This document shows positions 35,988-50,124 of a stretch of 64,000 nt of DNA, piece by piece. The position numbers and the translations under genes are program-made. The stretch is from positions 73,904,001 through 73,968,000 of the forward strand of contig OX597816.1 in assembly GCA_951406725.2 (NCBI GenBank), given 5' to 3'. Position 1 is the first letter of the stretch. Every line of letters starts with the position of its first letter. Below the pieces are notes generated by a model. That model was given only the letters and a program-made list of their open reading frames with translations. It did no database searches and was not told where the DNA came from. The stretch is from Octopus vulgaris (taxonomy: Eukaryota).

Positions 35988-38900
35988 CTGTCGCCGGCAA
36001 CAGTATACACCTCACCTCGATGCTCCTACTGAACATCAGAGGACTGCTAACACTCAGTAATAGGACAAAAATCCCGTTCTTGAGAGACTTTGTTGCATGC
36101 AATCAAGCCTTATGCATAGCACTTACGGAAACACACCTGAAACCGGACATAGCAGATGCGGAAATACACATACCACAGTATGTTGTACTACGGACCGACA
36201 GAAAAGAAAGGAGTCATGGAGGAGTTGCTATGTACATCCGTGAGGACCTCACAACCCAGGTCCTTTTGTCATACTCAAATTCGGTGTGTGACACACTAAT
36301 TGTACATATACGGCAACTTGGTGTAGTTATATGTGCTACATATCGCCCTCCAGATGCCCCAAGCCATGTAGGCAAGTTTAAAGACTGCCTTATAAAAATA
36401 GAAGTTCTAGTCACATTAGAACAACACATAAGTGTACTTCTTATGGGAGACTTCAATCTACCCAATGTCAGATGGCCCGAGGGCCTTTCTCTCCCAGGAA
36501 TGACACGATGTGAACGAGGACAGGGAGGTCCCTCCTGAACCTCATCAACACTCTGTACATGGAGCAAGTAATACTCCAACCAACCAGGGCAGGTAACATA
36601 CTGGATCTCTGCTTCACAAATAATATGGATCTCATCCATAATGTGAAAGTGACGCCGACACTACTCTCGGATCACAACATGGTAGAGCTGACCATGTACG
36701 GGCCAAAGGAAAGCATGGACATGCAGCCTACAAGAAACTCTCAGAATCTTTCCAGCTTGAACTTCCATAAGGCAAACTGGAAACAAATTGAGAAAGAGAT
36801 CCTCAAACAAAACTGGCCTGAATGTCTATCCTCGCCAGACATCGACATGAAACTTCAACAATTCATGTTTGTAATGCAAGCCATATGCTACAAATGTGTC
36901 CCAGAGAGAAAGGCCACTGTACATAAGAGCAAAATCCCCAGAGAGAGGAAAATTCTAATGAGACAGCGTACAAAAGTTTCAAATCGCCTAAACAAACAAA
37001 TTGAAAGCAGTGAAAAGTCCCGCCTGAAAATAAAACTGTTGGAAATTGAAAAATGTCTGCAACTCTCCCATGAAAAAGAAAGAGCAGGCAAAGAAGCCTG
37101 GGCTATAGACAACATAAAATCTAACCCCAGAGCTTTCTACAGGTATGCCAAAGAAACAGCTACGGTGCACTGTAGGATAGGGCCACTCCTTGAAAAGGAT
37201 GGCACACTCATAGGAAATCCAATGAGGGTAAGTGAAATACTAAATGAGCAATTCAAGAGTATTTTCACTCCACCCCTAGGGCATTTTCAAGTCAGCAATC
37301 CAACTGACTTCTTTACCACTGCAGATATAAAATCAGAGGCAGCGATGATTGATTACATCAATATAAAGGAAGACGATGTAATAAAGGCTATTGATGAAAT
37401 GAAAACAAACTCAGCTACTGGCCCCGATGGATTCCCAGCAATCCTTCTAAAAGTATGTAAGAGAGTCCTAGCAAGACCACTGCAGTTCCTCTTTCAGAGC
37501 TTCCTTGCAACTGGCAAACTTCCAAGAAAACTGAAGGAAGGTAAAATATGCCCTATTCATAAAGGAGGTAGCAGAGCGGAGGCCAAGAACTACAGACCTA
37601 TCTCTCTGACCTCACACATCAGCAAGGTCATGGAACGAATAGTCAGAAGGAAACTAATCACCTTCCTTGAAGAAAATGACTTGCTGCCTGACACCCAACA
37701 TGGTTTCCGACCAGGAAGAAGCTACTTAACTCAGCTCCTACAACACTATGAATGGGTGCTGAAACGACTGCAAAACCACTCAAATGTGGAAGTCATATAT
37801 CTCGACTTTGCAAAGGCCTTTAATAAATTCGATCATGGAATGATATGTCACAAACTGCATGATCTTGGCATAGTTGGAAAATTGGGAGAATGGCTTCATG
37901 ACTTTCTGAAGGATAGAAGTCAGGTGGTAGTAGCCAATGGGGCCACTTCCATTAATACGCAAATAGTGAGCGGTGTTCTGCAAGGCACTGTTCTGGGACC
38001 ACTACTGTTCATAATGGCCCTCTCAGACATGCCCTCAGCACGCAGAGAGCCACGATCACAAGTTATGCAGATGATACAAAAATTTCACAGACAATACAGA
38101 ACCCTGAAGACGCTAAGCACCTGCAATGTGAGCTGGACAAAATATACAAGTGGGCTGAAAAGAATAGCATGCAGTTTAATGCTGAAAAGTTTCAAGCTTT
38201 ATACTATCAGCATGCAAAACTAAATGCAATACCCAATAAATACACTGGACCTGGAGAGATTGCAATCCCAGAGGCACAATCAGTGCGAGGCCTGGGTATT
38301 TACATGAGTGATGATGCAACCTTTCATGTGCATGTTGCTAAATTGGCAATGAAATGTAGGTGGCTGACCGGATGGATTCTTAGAACCTTTAGAACAAGAG
38401 ACCAGGAAACCATGATGGTCCTCTGGAGGACACTTGTCCTAAGTCACTTTGACTATTGCTCTCAGCTATGGTCACCATCCAGTGTCAAGTTAATCACAGA
38501 ACTTGAGGCGATCCAACGAAGCTACATGAAGAAGATAGCCTCTGTGCAGCATATAAGCTATTGGGAAAGACTCAAGAGATTGAGACTCTATTCCTTAGAG
38601 CGTAGGCGAGAAAAATATGCCATAATATACATCTGGAAGACCTAGAAGGACTTGTCCCAGACTTTGGCATCGAGAGTTACACAAATGCCAGAACTGGGCG
38701 CCACTGCATAGTGCCGATGACTCCAAATTTGCCATCAAGATGTAGGACAAGATACTGTGATAGCCTGGGCTTCCGAGGCCCACAGCTCTTCAATATCCTC
38801 CCGAAGAACCTAAGAGACCTGCATGGGGTGGATGCAGATGTCTTTAAAATGAAACTGGATCTCTTCTTGTCAGGTGTCCCAGATGAATCAACTTCATGGC

Positions 38901-39060
38901 AGGAGGTGCAGATGAGGGCAGCTGCATCAAACTCTCTCATGCACCAGTTGGCATTTGCTAAAAAGCATTCGTGAAGTAAAATCATGTAGCAACACCAAAT
39001 GGCGGTGCCCCAGCATGGCCACTGCTTGTGAGCTGAAACTAAATAAAAAAACAAAAAAAA
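35988..39060 (+). mobile_element. CR1-type LINE, ORF2 nearly complete, ORF1 missing, frameshifted
   Basis: APE motifs (NIRGL, LTETHL, YRPP, MGDFN, LDLCF, SDH), RT motifs (NYRPISL, QHGF, YLDFAKAF, QGTVLGP, YADD), C-terminal SLERRR and KLDLFL; (TA)n flanks. Confidence 0.92.
36020..38974 (+). pseudogene. Disrupted LINE ORF2 (endonuclease and reverse transcriptase)
   Basis: Pieces 36020-36538, 36559-38223, 38169-38645 and 38711-38974 lie in shifting frames; YADD at about 38064 is out of frame with the long ORF. Confidence 0.85.
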
Positions 39061-39683
39061 TATATATATGTATGTATGTATGTATGCATGTATATATTTT
39101 ATAATCTTCCAGTACTGAAACACATGTAGTTCCTTCATAAATTGATAATTATAATTTTAACTAAAGTAGGAGATAATTAAGGAAGTATATTTTATACCCT
39201 GCTGGTGTACTGGTTATATCCTTTCAAGTATTATTTCGTGATGTGCACATAGATACCATGAGTTTACCTTCAGATATACTCATTAGGTTATCTTTTTTGT
39301 ATTATCTGAAAGTGAATACCCGCATATCTGTTAATCCCCAAAACTGAATTATTATTGATTTCTATTATATATTTTGTATATTTCTAGATTAATATAGAAA
39401 TATATGATAAAGAAAACTCGAAGGTACGATATGCAGATGCATGTAATGCTGAAGGGTTGTACCTGATTGATTTGTAAATTCGTTTTTCCCAAATTATTTA
39501 AATTATATATATATATATAAATGTATGTACATGTTTTCAATGTGTACGAATAACAAGGAAAAAAAATAAATAAATATTACCAGAGTAGCAATGCTTTTTT
39601 TCAAAACGTATATTGGAAGTATAAATAATTTGAATAACATCTGCATCTCACTCCATTCTTAATTTATCCATGTTATATATATC

Positions 39684-39750
<67 letters not shown>

Positions 39751-39837
39751 CTTATTATTATTCAAGCTACGGAAACATCACAAAAATATCATAGAAGCTG
39801 CTACTCAGAGTTTCACATTTATGTGCATACTTTGGTA

Positions 39838-39890
<53 letters not shown>

Positions 39891-40197
39891 CCATCTTTAC
39901 GCTGTCAAGCGGTTACTGTTTACATCTCGTTCAGAGATTTATTATTGCTATATATATAAATCTATATTCTTTTACTTGTTTCAGTCATTTGACTGCAGCC
40001 ATGCTGGAGCACCACCTTAAAGGAGTTTTCAGTTAAAGAAATGAAGCCCGGACTTATTCTGTGTAAGCCCAGTACTTATTCTATCAGTCTCTTTTACCGA
40101 ACTGCGAAATTACATGGACAGAAATACACCAAGATCAGTTGTCAAGCGATGGTGAGAGGACAAACACAGACACAAAGACACACACATACATACATAC

Positions 40198-40272
<75 letters not shown>

Positions 40273-40333
40273 TATACATAGGGAGATATACTTCTATAGC
40301 AAGTGGCCTGATCTGAAATCGTATGCTGAAACA

Positions 40334-40584
40334 AAAACAATTGCAGCGTGGAAGATGTTTTTATAAGCCATTTAAAAGCACACAAAAACTGTTCCAATAT
40401 TTAAATTTAATTTGCCAAAATATTTTCATCGCTTTGAGACTGTGCAGCACAGAATTTTGTCAGTGAACAGGTCGCAATCTCAAAGCGACAAAAATATTTT
40501 GATAAATTAAATTTAAATGTTGAAGTGAATCTAACGGTTTTTGTGTTTTTTTAAATGGCTTATAAATACCTTCCATGCTGCAAT

Positions 40585-40590
<6 letters not shown>
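40334..40590. repeat. About 110-bp imperfect inverted repeat (probable inverted pLTR)
   Basis: AAAACAATTGCAGCGTGGAAG..CGCTTTGAGA mirrored by TCTCAAAGCG..CTTCCATGCTGCAATTGTTTT. Confidence 0.85.
40453..40508 (+). ncRNA. Hammerhead-like motif with G3-C8 core (GUGAACA)
   Basis: AATTTTGTCA-GTGAACA-G-GTCGC..GCGAC-(A)AAA-ATAT-TT-TGATAAATT; the opposite arm retains GAAA. Confidence 0.6.
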
Positions 40591-40624
<34 letters not shown>

Positions 40625-40674
40625 CATTGGCGATTTTTTTTCCTCTGTCTTCCTTTTCTATTGGACTTTCCTCT

Positions 40675-40709
40675 GTTTCTGAAGAAGAGCTTTGCTCAAA
40701 ACGTAAAAC
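40675..40709 (+). ncRNA. Minimal hammerhead motif with G12>A change (CpG decay)
   Basis: GTTT-CTGAAGA-A-GAGC ttt GCTC-(A)AAA-CG-TA-AAAC. Confidence 0.6.
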
Positions 40710-41163
40710 CACCTCTCTTTCTTTCTTTGGGCATCTGCTAATACTGTACATGTACCATGTCCGTGCATTGTTGGTTCTTTGTGTGTTTGTTCTTCGGGTT
40801 TCTTTTAGTTTCCATCTACCATATCCACTCACAAGGCTTTGGTTGGCCTGAGTCTACAGTAGAAAACACTGGCCCAAGGTGCCATGCAGTGGGACTGAAC
40901 CCAGAGCCATGTGGTTGGGAAGCTGGCTTGTTACCACACAGCCACACCTGCACCTATACATATATGGTCAGGTTTTGACATTTCTAATTCAATAGGTCAT
41001 TTTTAGCTTCGTCAAAAGTAGTTGTAATGTTCCTAGAAATTCTATTAAAGACATCTAAATTCTCAAGTATTTGGTAAACAGACATTTTGGAACCAATAGA
41101 TGTCATAGCATCACTATATGTGCTTCCCTGCTTCAACATGGATTGTCTGTGTGTTCATGGGTA

Positions 41164-41266
<103 letters not shown>

Positions 41267-42711
41267 TGTGTGTGAATGTGTGTGAGGAATAGCAGCGTGT
41301 TTGGTGATGCTTAACATAATATCATGTGACTCAGCAGTCTGGTTTTGCTGTGTATTTGTAAGCTTACTACTAAATTGTCATCGTCATCATCATCATCATC
41401 ATATCATCACCATCATTACCACCACCACCACCACAACCACCACTATCACCATCATTACCATCATCACCATTACTATCATCGTCATCACCATCACCATCAT
41501 TACCATCATGGTCATCGTCATCGTCGTAGTCATCTTCATCATCATCGTCATCATTGTCATCATCATCAACACAGTGAATTACCACTGCCACCAACGCCAA
41601 CACTACAGACATTTCATAATGGATGGACATGCTAGAAATAGCAGACTGCTCTCTCTCAAATCACACTCTATTTTTTTGTTGCTTTCTTTTTCTTCCCCAA
41701 GAGACATATTCAATGATTCAATGATGCTGTCTGATATAAACTAAGAAAAGAGTGGGTGGTCTAGACCGGAATGTCTTTGATCAGACATCCATTGAATCAG
41801 CTCTGTTCTGGAGATCTGAAACTAAGTAACCATATCAATACTTTGAAGAACACAAACAAAAGGGTTTTTTTTTTTTGCACATTTACAATGTTATCACTAC
41901 CACCACCACCACAGCTGCTATCACTACAACCACCACTACCACCACCACCACCACCACCACCACCACCACCATCACTACAATGACTATCACTACCACTACC
42001 ATCACATGCATCATCATCATTACCACCTCCACCACCACCATTTCATGTCCAGCTTCCATGCTGTTATGTGTTGCACTGGTCATCCTGATTTGAGTCAGTT
42101 TGTCTGAGTTACTGCCCTCTTGGTTCTGGTCAACACAACCAAGCCTCACTAACATTTTATTTTGATATAGTATCTACAGCTGGATGCCCTTCCTAAAACC
42201 AACTACTTCACAGGATTTAGTGCGTACATTTTATTCTAGCACCAGCACCAGAGAAGTCATCATGTCCTCAACAAGATAAGACTAGACTCTCTTCAACCCT
42301 AACAATGTATCTGTCCATTTGCTATTCATACTCTGTGAGACAGAAAATGATCTTTTATTGACATTCATTGAGGATCATTATAATATTATATAGATATTAC
42401 ATAACATTTTAAATATTGTACAAATCATCATCATCGTCGTTTAACATCCGCTTTCCATGCTAGAATGGGTGGGACAGTTTCACAAGAGCTGGCCAAGCAG
42501 AAGCCTGCACCAGACTTCTACAAATATTGTATAATATTACATTTATATGTACAAATATTTGTTCTGTATAAAGATAATGCAACAAAATGTCCCCCTGACG
42601 AAGTGTTGTGGTTCGGCAACCAATTGCACTTGAATCAGCCACTGCAGAGGATGCAAATAACCACAAAGATGAAACATATGTAGATAAACAATACCTGTCT
42701 GTCTGTATCTC

Positions 42712-42742
<31 letters not shown>

Positions 42743-42744
42743 CT

Positions 42745-43215
42745 CATTATCATCATCATCATTGTTTTACGTCCATTTTCCATATTGGCATGGGTTGGGT
42801 GGTTTGACTGGGGCCTGAGAAGCCAGGAGGCTGCACCAGGCCCCAATCTGATCTGACAGTGTTTCTACAGCTGGATGCTCTTCCTAAGGCCAACCACTCC
42901 GAGAGTGTAGTGAATGCTTTTTACATGCCACCGGCATGGAAGCCAGTCAAAGCAGCACTGGCATCAGCCCCATTCAGATGGTGTTTTTTACATGCTACCA
43001 GCACGGGGTCACATCTACAATTTCCATTTGATTTGATTTTGATATTCATGTTGATGTACTTGACACAATAGGTCTCCTCAAGCACGGCATGTCGCCTTAC
43101 GATTCAAGATACTTTTGAGTGGACTGGTTATGCAACACTTGTGTAGGTTACAGCTGTGAACTCACTTTATTTGCCAGGTCTTCTCAGTCACAGCATACCT
43201 CCAGAGGTCTCGGTC
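42745..43215 (-). mobile_element. RTE 3' end
   Basis: Reverse complement of the RTE UTR up to the ORF end (CCAGAGGTCTCGGTCTCTA). Confidence 0.75.
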
Positions 43216-44864
43216 TCTATATATATATTTATATATCAAGTGGAGACAAAGTTGAGAGGACCCTTTAGTCTTGCTGAGGGTAAGACTACTTCTCTAATGC
43301 TTGAGCCACAAAAAAATGTACCTACTACTCTGTGTAAAATTATTAATATTAGAAAGGGCTTGAAGCCATAAAAGAAACAAAACTAAGACATGGAGCATGA
43401 CAGGGTCCTCTGATTTATCAGATTCTGTTAGACTATACAACCCATGCCAGCATGGAAAGTTTGAGGTAAATGGCCAGCAAAAGAAAGGTTGACTGAGGAA
43501 AATGTGGAAGAGACAGGTGGAGGAGGAGATTGGGAGGGTTGGCTAGAGAAGGGAGGATGCCCAAAACCGAGCAAGATGGAAAGATGGTGTGAGGGCAGTT
43601 GCTATGGCATTGAAGTAGATCCAGCTGTCCCTGTTAACGAGGACAAAACCTGGATTCAAAATGATGGATGATTACATATATATATATATATGTATACTAG
43701 CAAGGTATCTGGTATTGCCTGGGGAAACAGACAACTCAATTTGTTGAACCAGAAGCCTGGTAATTCTACATAAATGTATTATGTGAAACATGTATGTACA
43801 TTCTTATTAACAGAAACATGAAATTAAAAATGAAAAATAACTATTATCTGTGATATAACATAGACAAATAATTCTCAGCAAAGACTTTTATGATAAGTGA
43901 TGTTCTTAATTCTTCCTGCCATGAGCATCGGCAAAGTTTGCTTTGGCTTCCTACGTGACTGACATTTAAAGAAAGAAACAAACAAATAATTAATGTTAAT
44001 GATAGAAATTTGTAACAGCAAACGAATAAAGCATTTAATAGTTTGTTGGGCTTTTTTTTAACTAAATAGAGATCAGTTCCCACTGTTGATACACACAAAG
44101 GTAAAGAAATATTTGTAGCAAATGACAATGGAAATGTCATAAAAGGAATTATCTTTTGAATTTTGAAAGAAAATAATTGAGTAAAAGCTTTTCAGCGAAT
44201 AACTCTCTTGTATTATTTACGGTACTAATTTTGAAAGAGATATCCTAATGAACCAAAAATATTCTGAGCTTTGAAGTAAATACATTGATGTGTGGATGAA
44301 AATATCTCTAGTGACAGAATTGAGTGAGTGTCCAAGAAAAAGAATGGAAGAAGTAATAGATGAAAATGAGTAGCTATTATGGCAGCATAACAAATGTTTA
44401 GTACTGAATTCAAACATGTATATCATATATAGATACAAATTGATGATGTTGAAATATCTAGTTTGTGATGCTCAATAATGATATATATCTATATCTATCT
44501 ATAGCGTACTTTTTGTGGGCGCTCATTCTGTAATTTTTGAGCAAATCAGGCAAACAAACTATATTACCAAATATGCATTGTGATATATTAAGATATACAT
44601 TGAGAACTACAGAGGAGTAATTGAAAGAGTGAGAGTAATATACAGCTACATGATGGTTGTTGATAATGAGATTGAATAGAAAAAGTGTGAGTATAGAAGG
44701 CATATGAGTGAAACATTATACTTTTCCAATGAATATATGTTTGGCTTAGAATTTTCTAAGGTTGCATAAAGGCAGAAAAAAAATACAAGATGATGGAAGA
44801 GGGGGGGTAATTGAATAGAGGGATGAGGGTGGGAGAATGCTTTTATATGTCAATAAAAAAAAAG

Positions 44865-45337
44865 TGAGTTCAGAGCCGTATCGTACACCAGTTTCGCATA
44901 ACCAGCCCCAGCCCATTCAAAGGTACCTTGGATCGTAGGGCGACCTGTGTGCTTGAGGAGACCTATTGAGTCAAGTACAAAATGAAAATCAGTGGAAACT
45001 GTAGTTGTGATCATTGTGCCATTGGCACATAAAAAGTACCGTCTGAACGTGGCCAATGCCAGAAACGCCTCGACTGGCTCTCATGCCAGTGGCACGTAAA
45101 AAGCACCAACCGATTTTGGCCATTGCCAGCCTCCTCTGGCCCCTGAGCCAGTGGCACGTAAAAAGCACCCACTACACTTACATAGTGGTTGGTGTTAGGA
45201 AGGGCAACCAGCTGTAGAAACACTGCCAGATCATACTGGAGCCTGGTGCAGCCTCCTGGCTTCCCAGACCCCAGTCGAACTGTCCAACCCATGCTAGCAT
45301 GGAAAACGGACGTTAAACGATGATGATGATGATGATG
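44865..45337 (+). mobile_element. RTE 3' end
   Basis: UTR tandem units, stem-loop and (GAT)n tail. Confidence 0.8.
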
Positions 45338-46079
45338 AATGTGTGCTAGCAGAAGGAGTAATGTTAAAGTGAGAGTGATGGACAGCAATAAAGATAGGGG
45401 GAAGAGCAAGAGAGTGAGGGATGTTAATAAGCGATAAAGAATAGGAAGAGAGAGATAGAGTGTATATACGATGATTGGTCACAGGTAGACTTAACACATG
45501 AAATGTAACAGATGAAAGAGAAACAAATATAGATATTATATACCTCAACCTCCATCATCATCAACATCATTTCATATCTGTTTTCTTTTTTTTCATGGAG
45601 CTGGGTGAATTTTCTCCAGCACTTTGCTGGTAGTCATGGTCTTTCATCTTCTGTGAGATTCAATATCTTGTATCTTAAGATTAATCGTTATTATTTTGTT
45701 GCATTTTGAGGTGGAGGTCATTACGCCCATAATAATCATATGCACTAGTTCTATGTGCCTCTTGCTTTATCATTAGTAATCAATTATTTGTAGCTGGGCG
45801 CTCGTCAGAGTCCTTTTGTCATCAATGTTATTCCTTCACTACTGCAGGTTTGCAGGACAAAATTAACTGATTGATTGATTGATTGATTGACCAAAAGATT
45901 AATCAAACAATAAATTAGTCATTCATTTAAATGGTTAACCAATTGATTAATGATAATAAAAGAAGTGAATAGGATCAGTGCTTGTGTCCATTATTGGCAT
46001 AATGACCCTCCCAACAAAATCTGTTTCAACACATAGCTTCACATCAAGAATCTTACAAACAATATATATAAAGACAAAA

Positions 46080-46770
46080 TAGTCTTTACTACTGTTTTCA
46101 AATTCTTCCTTACCCTTCTCTGTCTGGGTCTTGTGTTCACTTCGAACCCCAACTACTTCTTTATACAGCTGTCCTCATCACATATCCATACCAGTGTAGT
46201 CTTCTCTTTTGCACACAACATAGAATTCCTCTCATATCCAATTTCGCTTTCAGCTGATTTAAACTCTGCTCTTCACTAACAATACATTAACATTACACAC
46301 ACAGCAAAGCATATTTGCCTCACTTCTTTCCAGTCTCTACAAATCTTTTATATCCAAGGCCTCATTGCTTCAATACCATGCAGCATTGCACTTCCTACAC
46401 AAGTTTCATACAATCTGTAGTTCTCTCTGAAAGAGAAACTTTTTATAAACAGCAAAGTTAAAGCTTCCTGAACTTGTTTCACCCATTCTTGCTCTGGCAT
46501 CTCTGCTTTTCAAACACCCAACATCATTGTTATTTAGGTCACTTTAGGTAGCAAAAGTACTTCTAATGAGGCCTTCCAGGCAGTTAAAGGTATTTATTTC
46601 TCATGTGCTGTTACTACTAGCTACCTCTATACATCTGTCGTATATGATGTCTACCTTTAGCTGCCTGTATAATGTTACATCTAATAGTTTGCATTAGGTT
46701 TATCATATCAAAATGCTATCTACTCCCTTGCCGCATGTCAACCATAAAACATGTCTCAGACAGCTGTAGA
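46080..46770 (-). mobile_element. Highly degraded RTE ORF fragment
   Basis: Minus strand resembles RLYETCVGSAMLHG..ERSEANMLC..LHWYG(H)VMR of the RTE C-terminus. Confidence 0.55.
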
Positions 46771-46789
46771 GTTCTGTCCTCTTTCTTCA

Positions 46790-47335
46790 TCATAATCATC
46801 ATCATGGTCGTCGTTTAACGTCTGTTTTCCATGCTGGCATGGGTTGGACGGTTTGACTGGGGACTGGCAAGCCAGGAGGCTGCACCAGGCTCCAATCAAA
46901 TCTGGCAATGTTTCTACAGCTGGATGCCCTTTCTAACATCAACCACTCTGAGAGCATGGTGGGTACTTTTTACGTGCCACTGGCACGGGAGCCAGTCCAG
47001 CGGCACTGGCATCTGTCACATTTGGATCGTACTTTTTACGTGCTACAGACACAGGAGCCAGTCGGGGTGAGCGGGTGCCGGCATCGACCACATTCGGATG
47101 GTGTTTTTTACGCATCACCGGCACGGGGAGCCTGTCAGGTGACACTGGCAACGACCCACACATGAATGGTACTTACTGTATGCCACCAGCACAGGAGCCA
47201 GTCAGGTGGCGCTGGCATCGGCCACAACTACAGTTTCCATTCGATTGTGATTTGATTTTTGATTTTTGATTTTGATTTTACTTGACTCAATAGGTCTCCT
47301 CAAGCACAGCGTGTCACCCAACAATTCAAAGGTAC
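46790..47335 (-). mobile_element. RTE 3' end
   Basis: Reverse complement of the RTE UTR. Confidence 0.75.
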
Positions 47336-48029
47336 TTCCTTGTTAACTAAAACCTCAGTCTTTGCCAAGTTTTCTGCCTCAAGATTTTGCTACCAGCCAT
47401 GCCCATGCACACAGTCTATCTCGGATGAACGCACCCCCTCTACAACTGATTTTCCCAACACCCACCTCTACCAGTCTTCACTCACTGCACTGCCCTCGCC
47501 CTATCTCCCACTCTCATGAAACTACCTATTCACTCACCCCGTCCAATCTTCTGCACTACTTCATTTATTTTCCCTTCCCTCTAACTTGAAGTTACACCCC
47601 CAACACATATTCATGACCAACATCTCTCTCTCTCTTTTCCAACAGAGTAGTCATGTATACCTCTACTGCAAGACACCTGTGCTGCCCCTCTATCATACAT
47701 TAACTTGTCATCATCTGATTGAATACCACCACCACCTCTGCCACCGCTACCCCCACCACCTCAGGTGAGGGTTCTTGTCTTGTAAGTTACTTGGTGACAT
47801 CTCTGGTGTTGGTGCCATGTAAAAGGAAATGCTGTACACTCTGTGTTGTGGCTGCCATTAGGAACAACATCCAAATGTAGAAACTGTGCCAAAGTGGAGT
47901 TTGGCACAATCTTCTGGCTTACCAGCTCCTGTTAAACTGTCCAAGCCATGCCAACATGGAACATGGACATAAAACGATGATGATGATGATAATGATGATG
48001 ATGATGAAGATGATGAATGGAATTTCTTC

Positions 48030-48210
48030 ACTAAATTTTTAACAGATTCTGTTCTAAGAACTAGATCATTGCCATAGAGAAGTTTCCAGAATCAAAAAGA
48101 TTTAAACCTCTCTGTTATGGCCCGCAGAACTTTAATAAACAGGAGGAGACAGAAGACTGAGCCCTGAAGGACCCCTAGATTCACACTAAAGTCATCCCTA
48201 TACTCATTGC
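48030..48210 (-). mobile_element. Degraded RTE RT fragment
   Basis: Minus strand DDFSVNLGVLQGSVFCLLLFIKVLRAITERFK..LLYGNDL. Confidence 0.6.
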
Positions 48211-48993
48211 TTGTTTAATTTCTGCCTAAATCTAATATTGATTATAGGTAAATACTAGAGCTGTAGGTTACCCCTGTGTTGTGGTTCTTCAGCTTTGCTG
48301 ATCAGGGGCTGTTAAGTAACAACACTAACCACTTAATAAAGAACACACAGGATAACGCAGTCCGAGATACACTATTCCTGAAAATAACATAGGATGGTCA
48401 TATTTAGAACATCCTTGTTTAATGTATCAGAGCATTTGTCTGCTCTGATGCATTAAACAACAAAATTAATCTATAAAGAATCTCTATCATTCTGCTAGAA
48501 ATAGCAGCCAAAAGTCCTTTAAAAGAAACCTTTCTTACAAAATGGAAGGACACATGAGATAATATAGACTGGGGGACATAATACCAAGGAAAAAATAGAC
48601 AGGATAGTCATGGCTAGAAGGCCGTAATCATATAGGACTGCTTAGTCAGAGCAAACTACAGCTAAACAACAATTTACATATATATATACAAATATAGGCA
48701 TAAACACACATACACATACATACATACATACATACATACATACATACATACATACACACACAATGCCTGAGAAAACAGACAGGATGGTCATAACTGAGGC
48801 GTCTTTAATTATATGTCTGCTTGGCCAGATCTAAACTAGTACTAAACAACAATTCACACACACATACATATACACATACATACACATATATGCACACATA
48901 CACACACACGTATATATACATGCACACATACACATATATATGCACACATACATGTATACATACTTATATATGCACACATGCATACAAACACAC

Positions 48994-49031
<38 letters not shown>

Positions 49032-49714
49032 TCACACACATGTATATTTAATTATATACATACACACATGCATACACATATGTATACATATATGTACACA
49101 CACACACACATATATAAATATAGACACACATACATGTATATAATCATACACACATACACACACACACATATCATGCTGCACTTAAAAGCATGAAGACATT
49201 TTCAAATAATTACATAATTATAGATTTAAAGAAAAATTGTAAGGAAAATAATAAAAACTTTCACCACCACTCCTACCACAATTACCACCACCACTGCCAC
49301 CGCCACCACCACTGCAGCAGCCACCGCCACCATTACCACCACTACTACAACTGAAACAGTCGTTCATCTGTAAAATAATCAATTCACACAAATAGTATTG
49401 ATTTAGAAGAAACCACCACCCCACTGTTTAATGCCACCCCGTCCATTCCCAATCACCATCTCTCCTTCCCTCCTCCTTTCTGCCACTCCCCCCACTTCTC
49501 TTCCAACCACCTCCACTACCAAATGTATCTTAAGGCTACCAGGAACAGTTGCCAAACTGTCTTTCATCCTCTCCCTGCCAGTCCCCACCACCACCACCAC
49601 CTCAGCCTTGTAGTGCTCTGTTTATGTAAAAGACATGAAGCATATTTCGAACGCTGGTCAAATTATTGTTAACATATCAAACACACAAGCAACATGGAAA
49701 AACTGACTGGAAAT

Positions 49715-50100
49715 CGTCGTGGAACTCCATCGGTTATGACAACAAGGGTTCCAGTTGATCCGATTAACGGAACGGCCTGCTCGTGATATCAACATGCAAG
49801 TGGCTGAGCACTCCACAGACACGTGCACCCTTAACATAGTTCTCGGGGAGATTCAGCATGACACAGATTGTGACAAGGCTGGCCCTTTGAAATACAGGTA
49901 CAACAGAAACAGGGAGAAAGAGTGAGAGGAAGTTGTGGTGAAAGAGTAAAGTAGGGTTTGCCACTAATCCCTGCCGGAGCCTCATGGAGCTTTAGGTGTT
50001 TTCGCTCAATAAACACTCACAACACCCGGTCTGGGAATCGAAACCACGATCCTACAACTGCAAGTCAGCTGCCCTAACCACTGGGCCATTGCACCTCCAC
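49715..50100 (-). mobile_element. SINE family C variant
   Basis: Head matches 16899-17040; tail matches 2440-2597. Confidence 0.7.
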
Positions 50101-50124
50101 GGAAATAATCTATACAGAAAGAAG

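Larger units (their letters stand above)
39965..40955 (-). mobile_element. SINE family A split by insertions in its internal (TA)n
   Basis: 3' half 39965-40200 and 5' half 40795-40955. Confidence 0.7.

Noticed and set aside
41326-41336. Perfect ARE/MARE site GTGACTCAGCA
   Set aside because: A single short match with no gene context.
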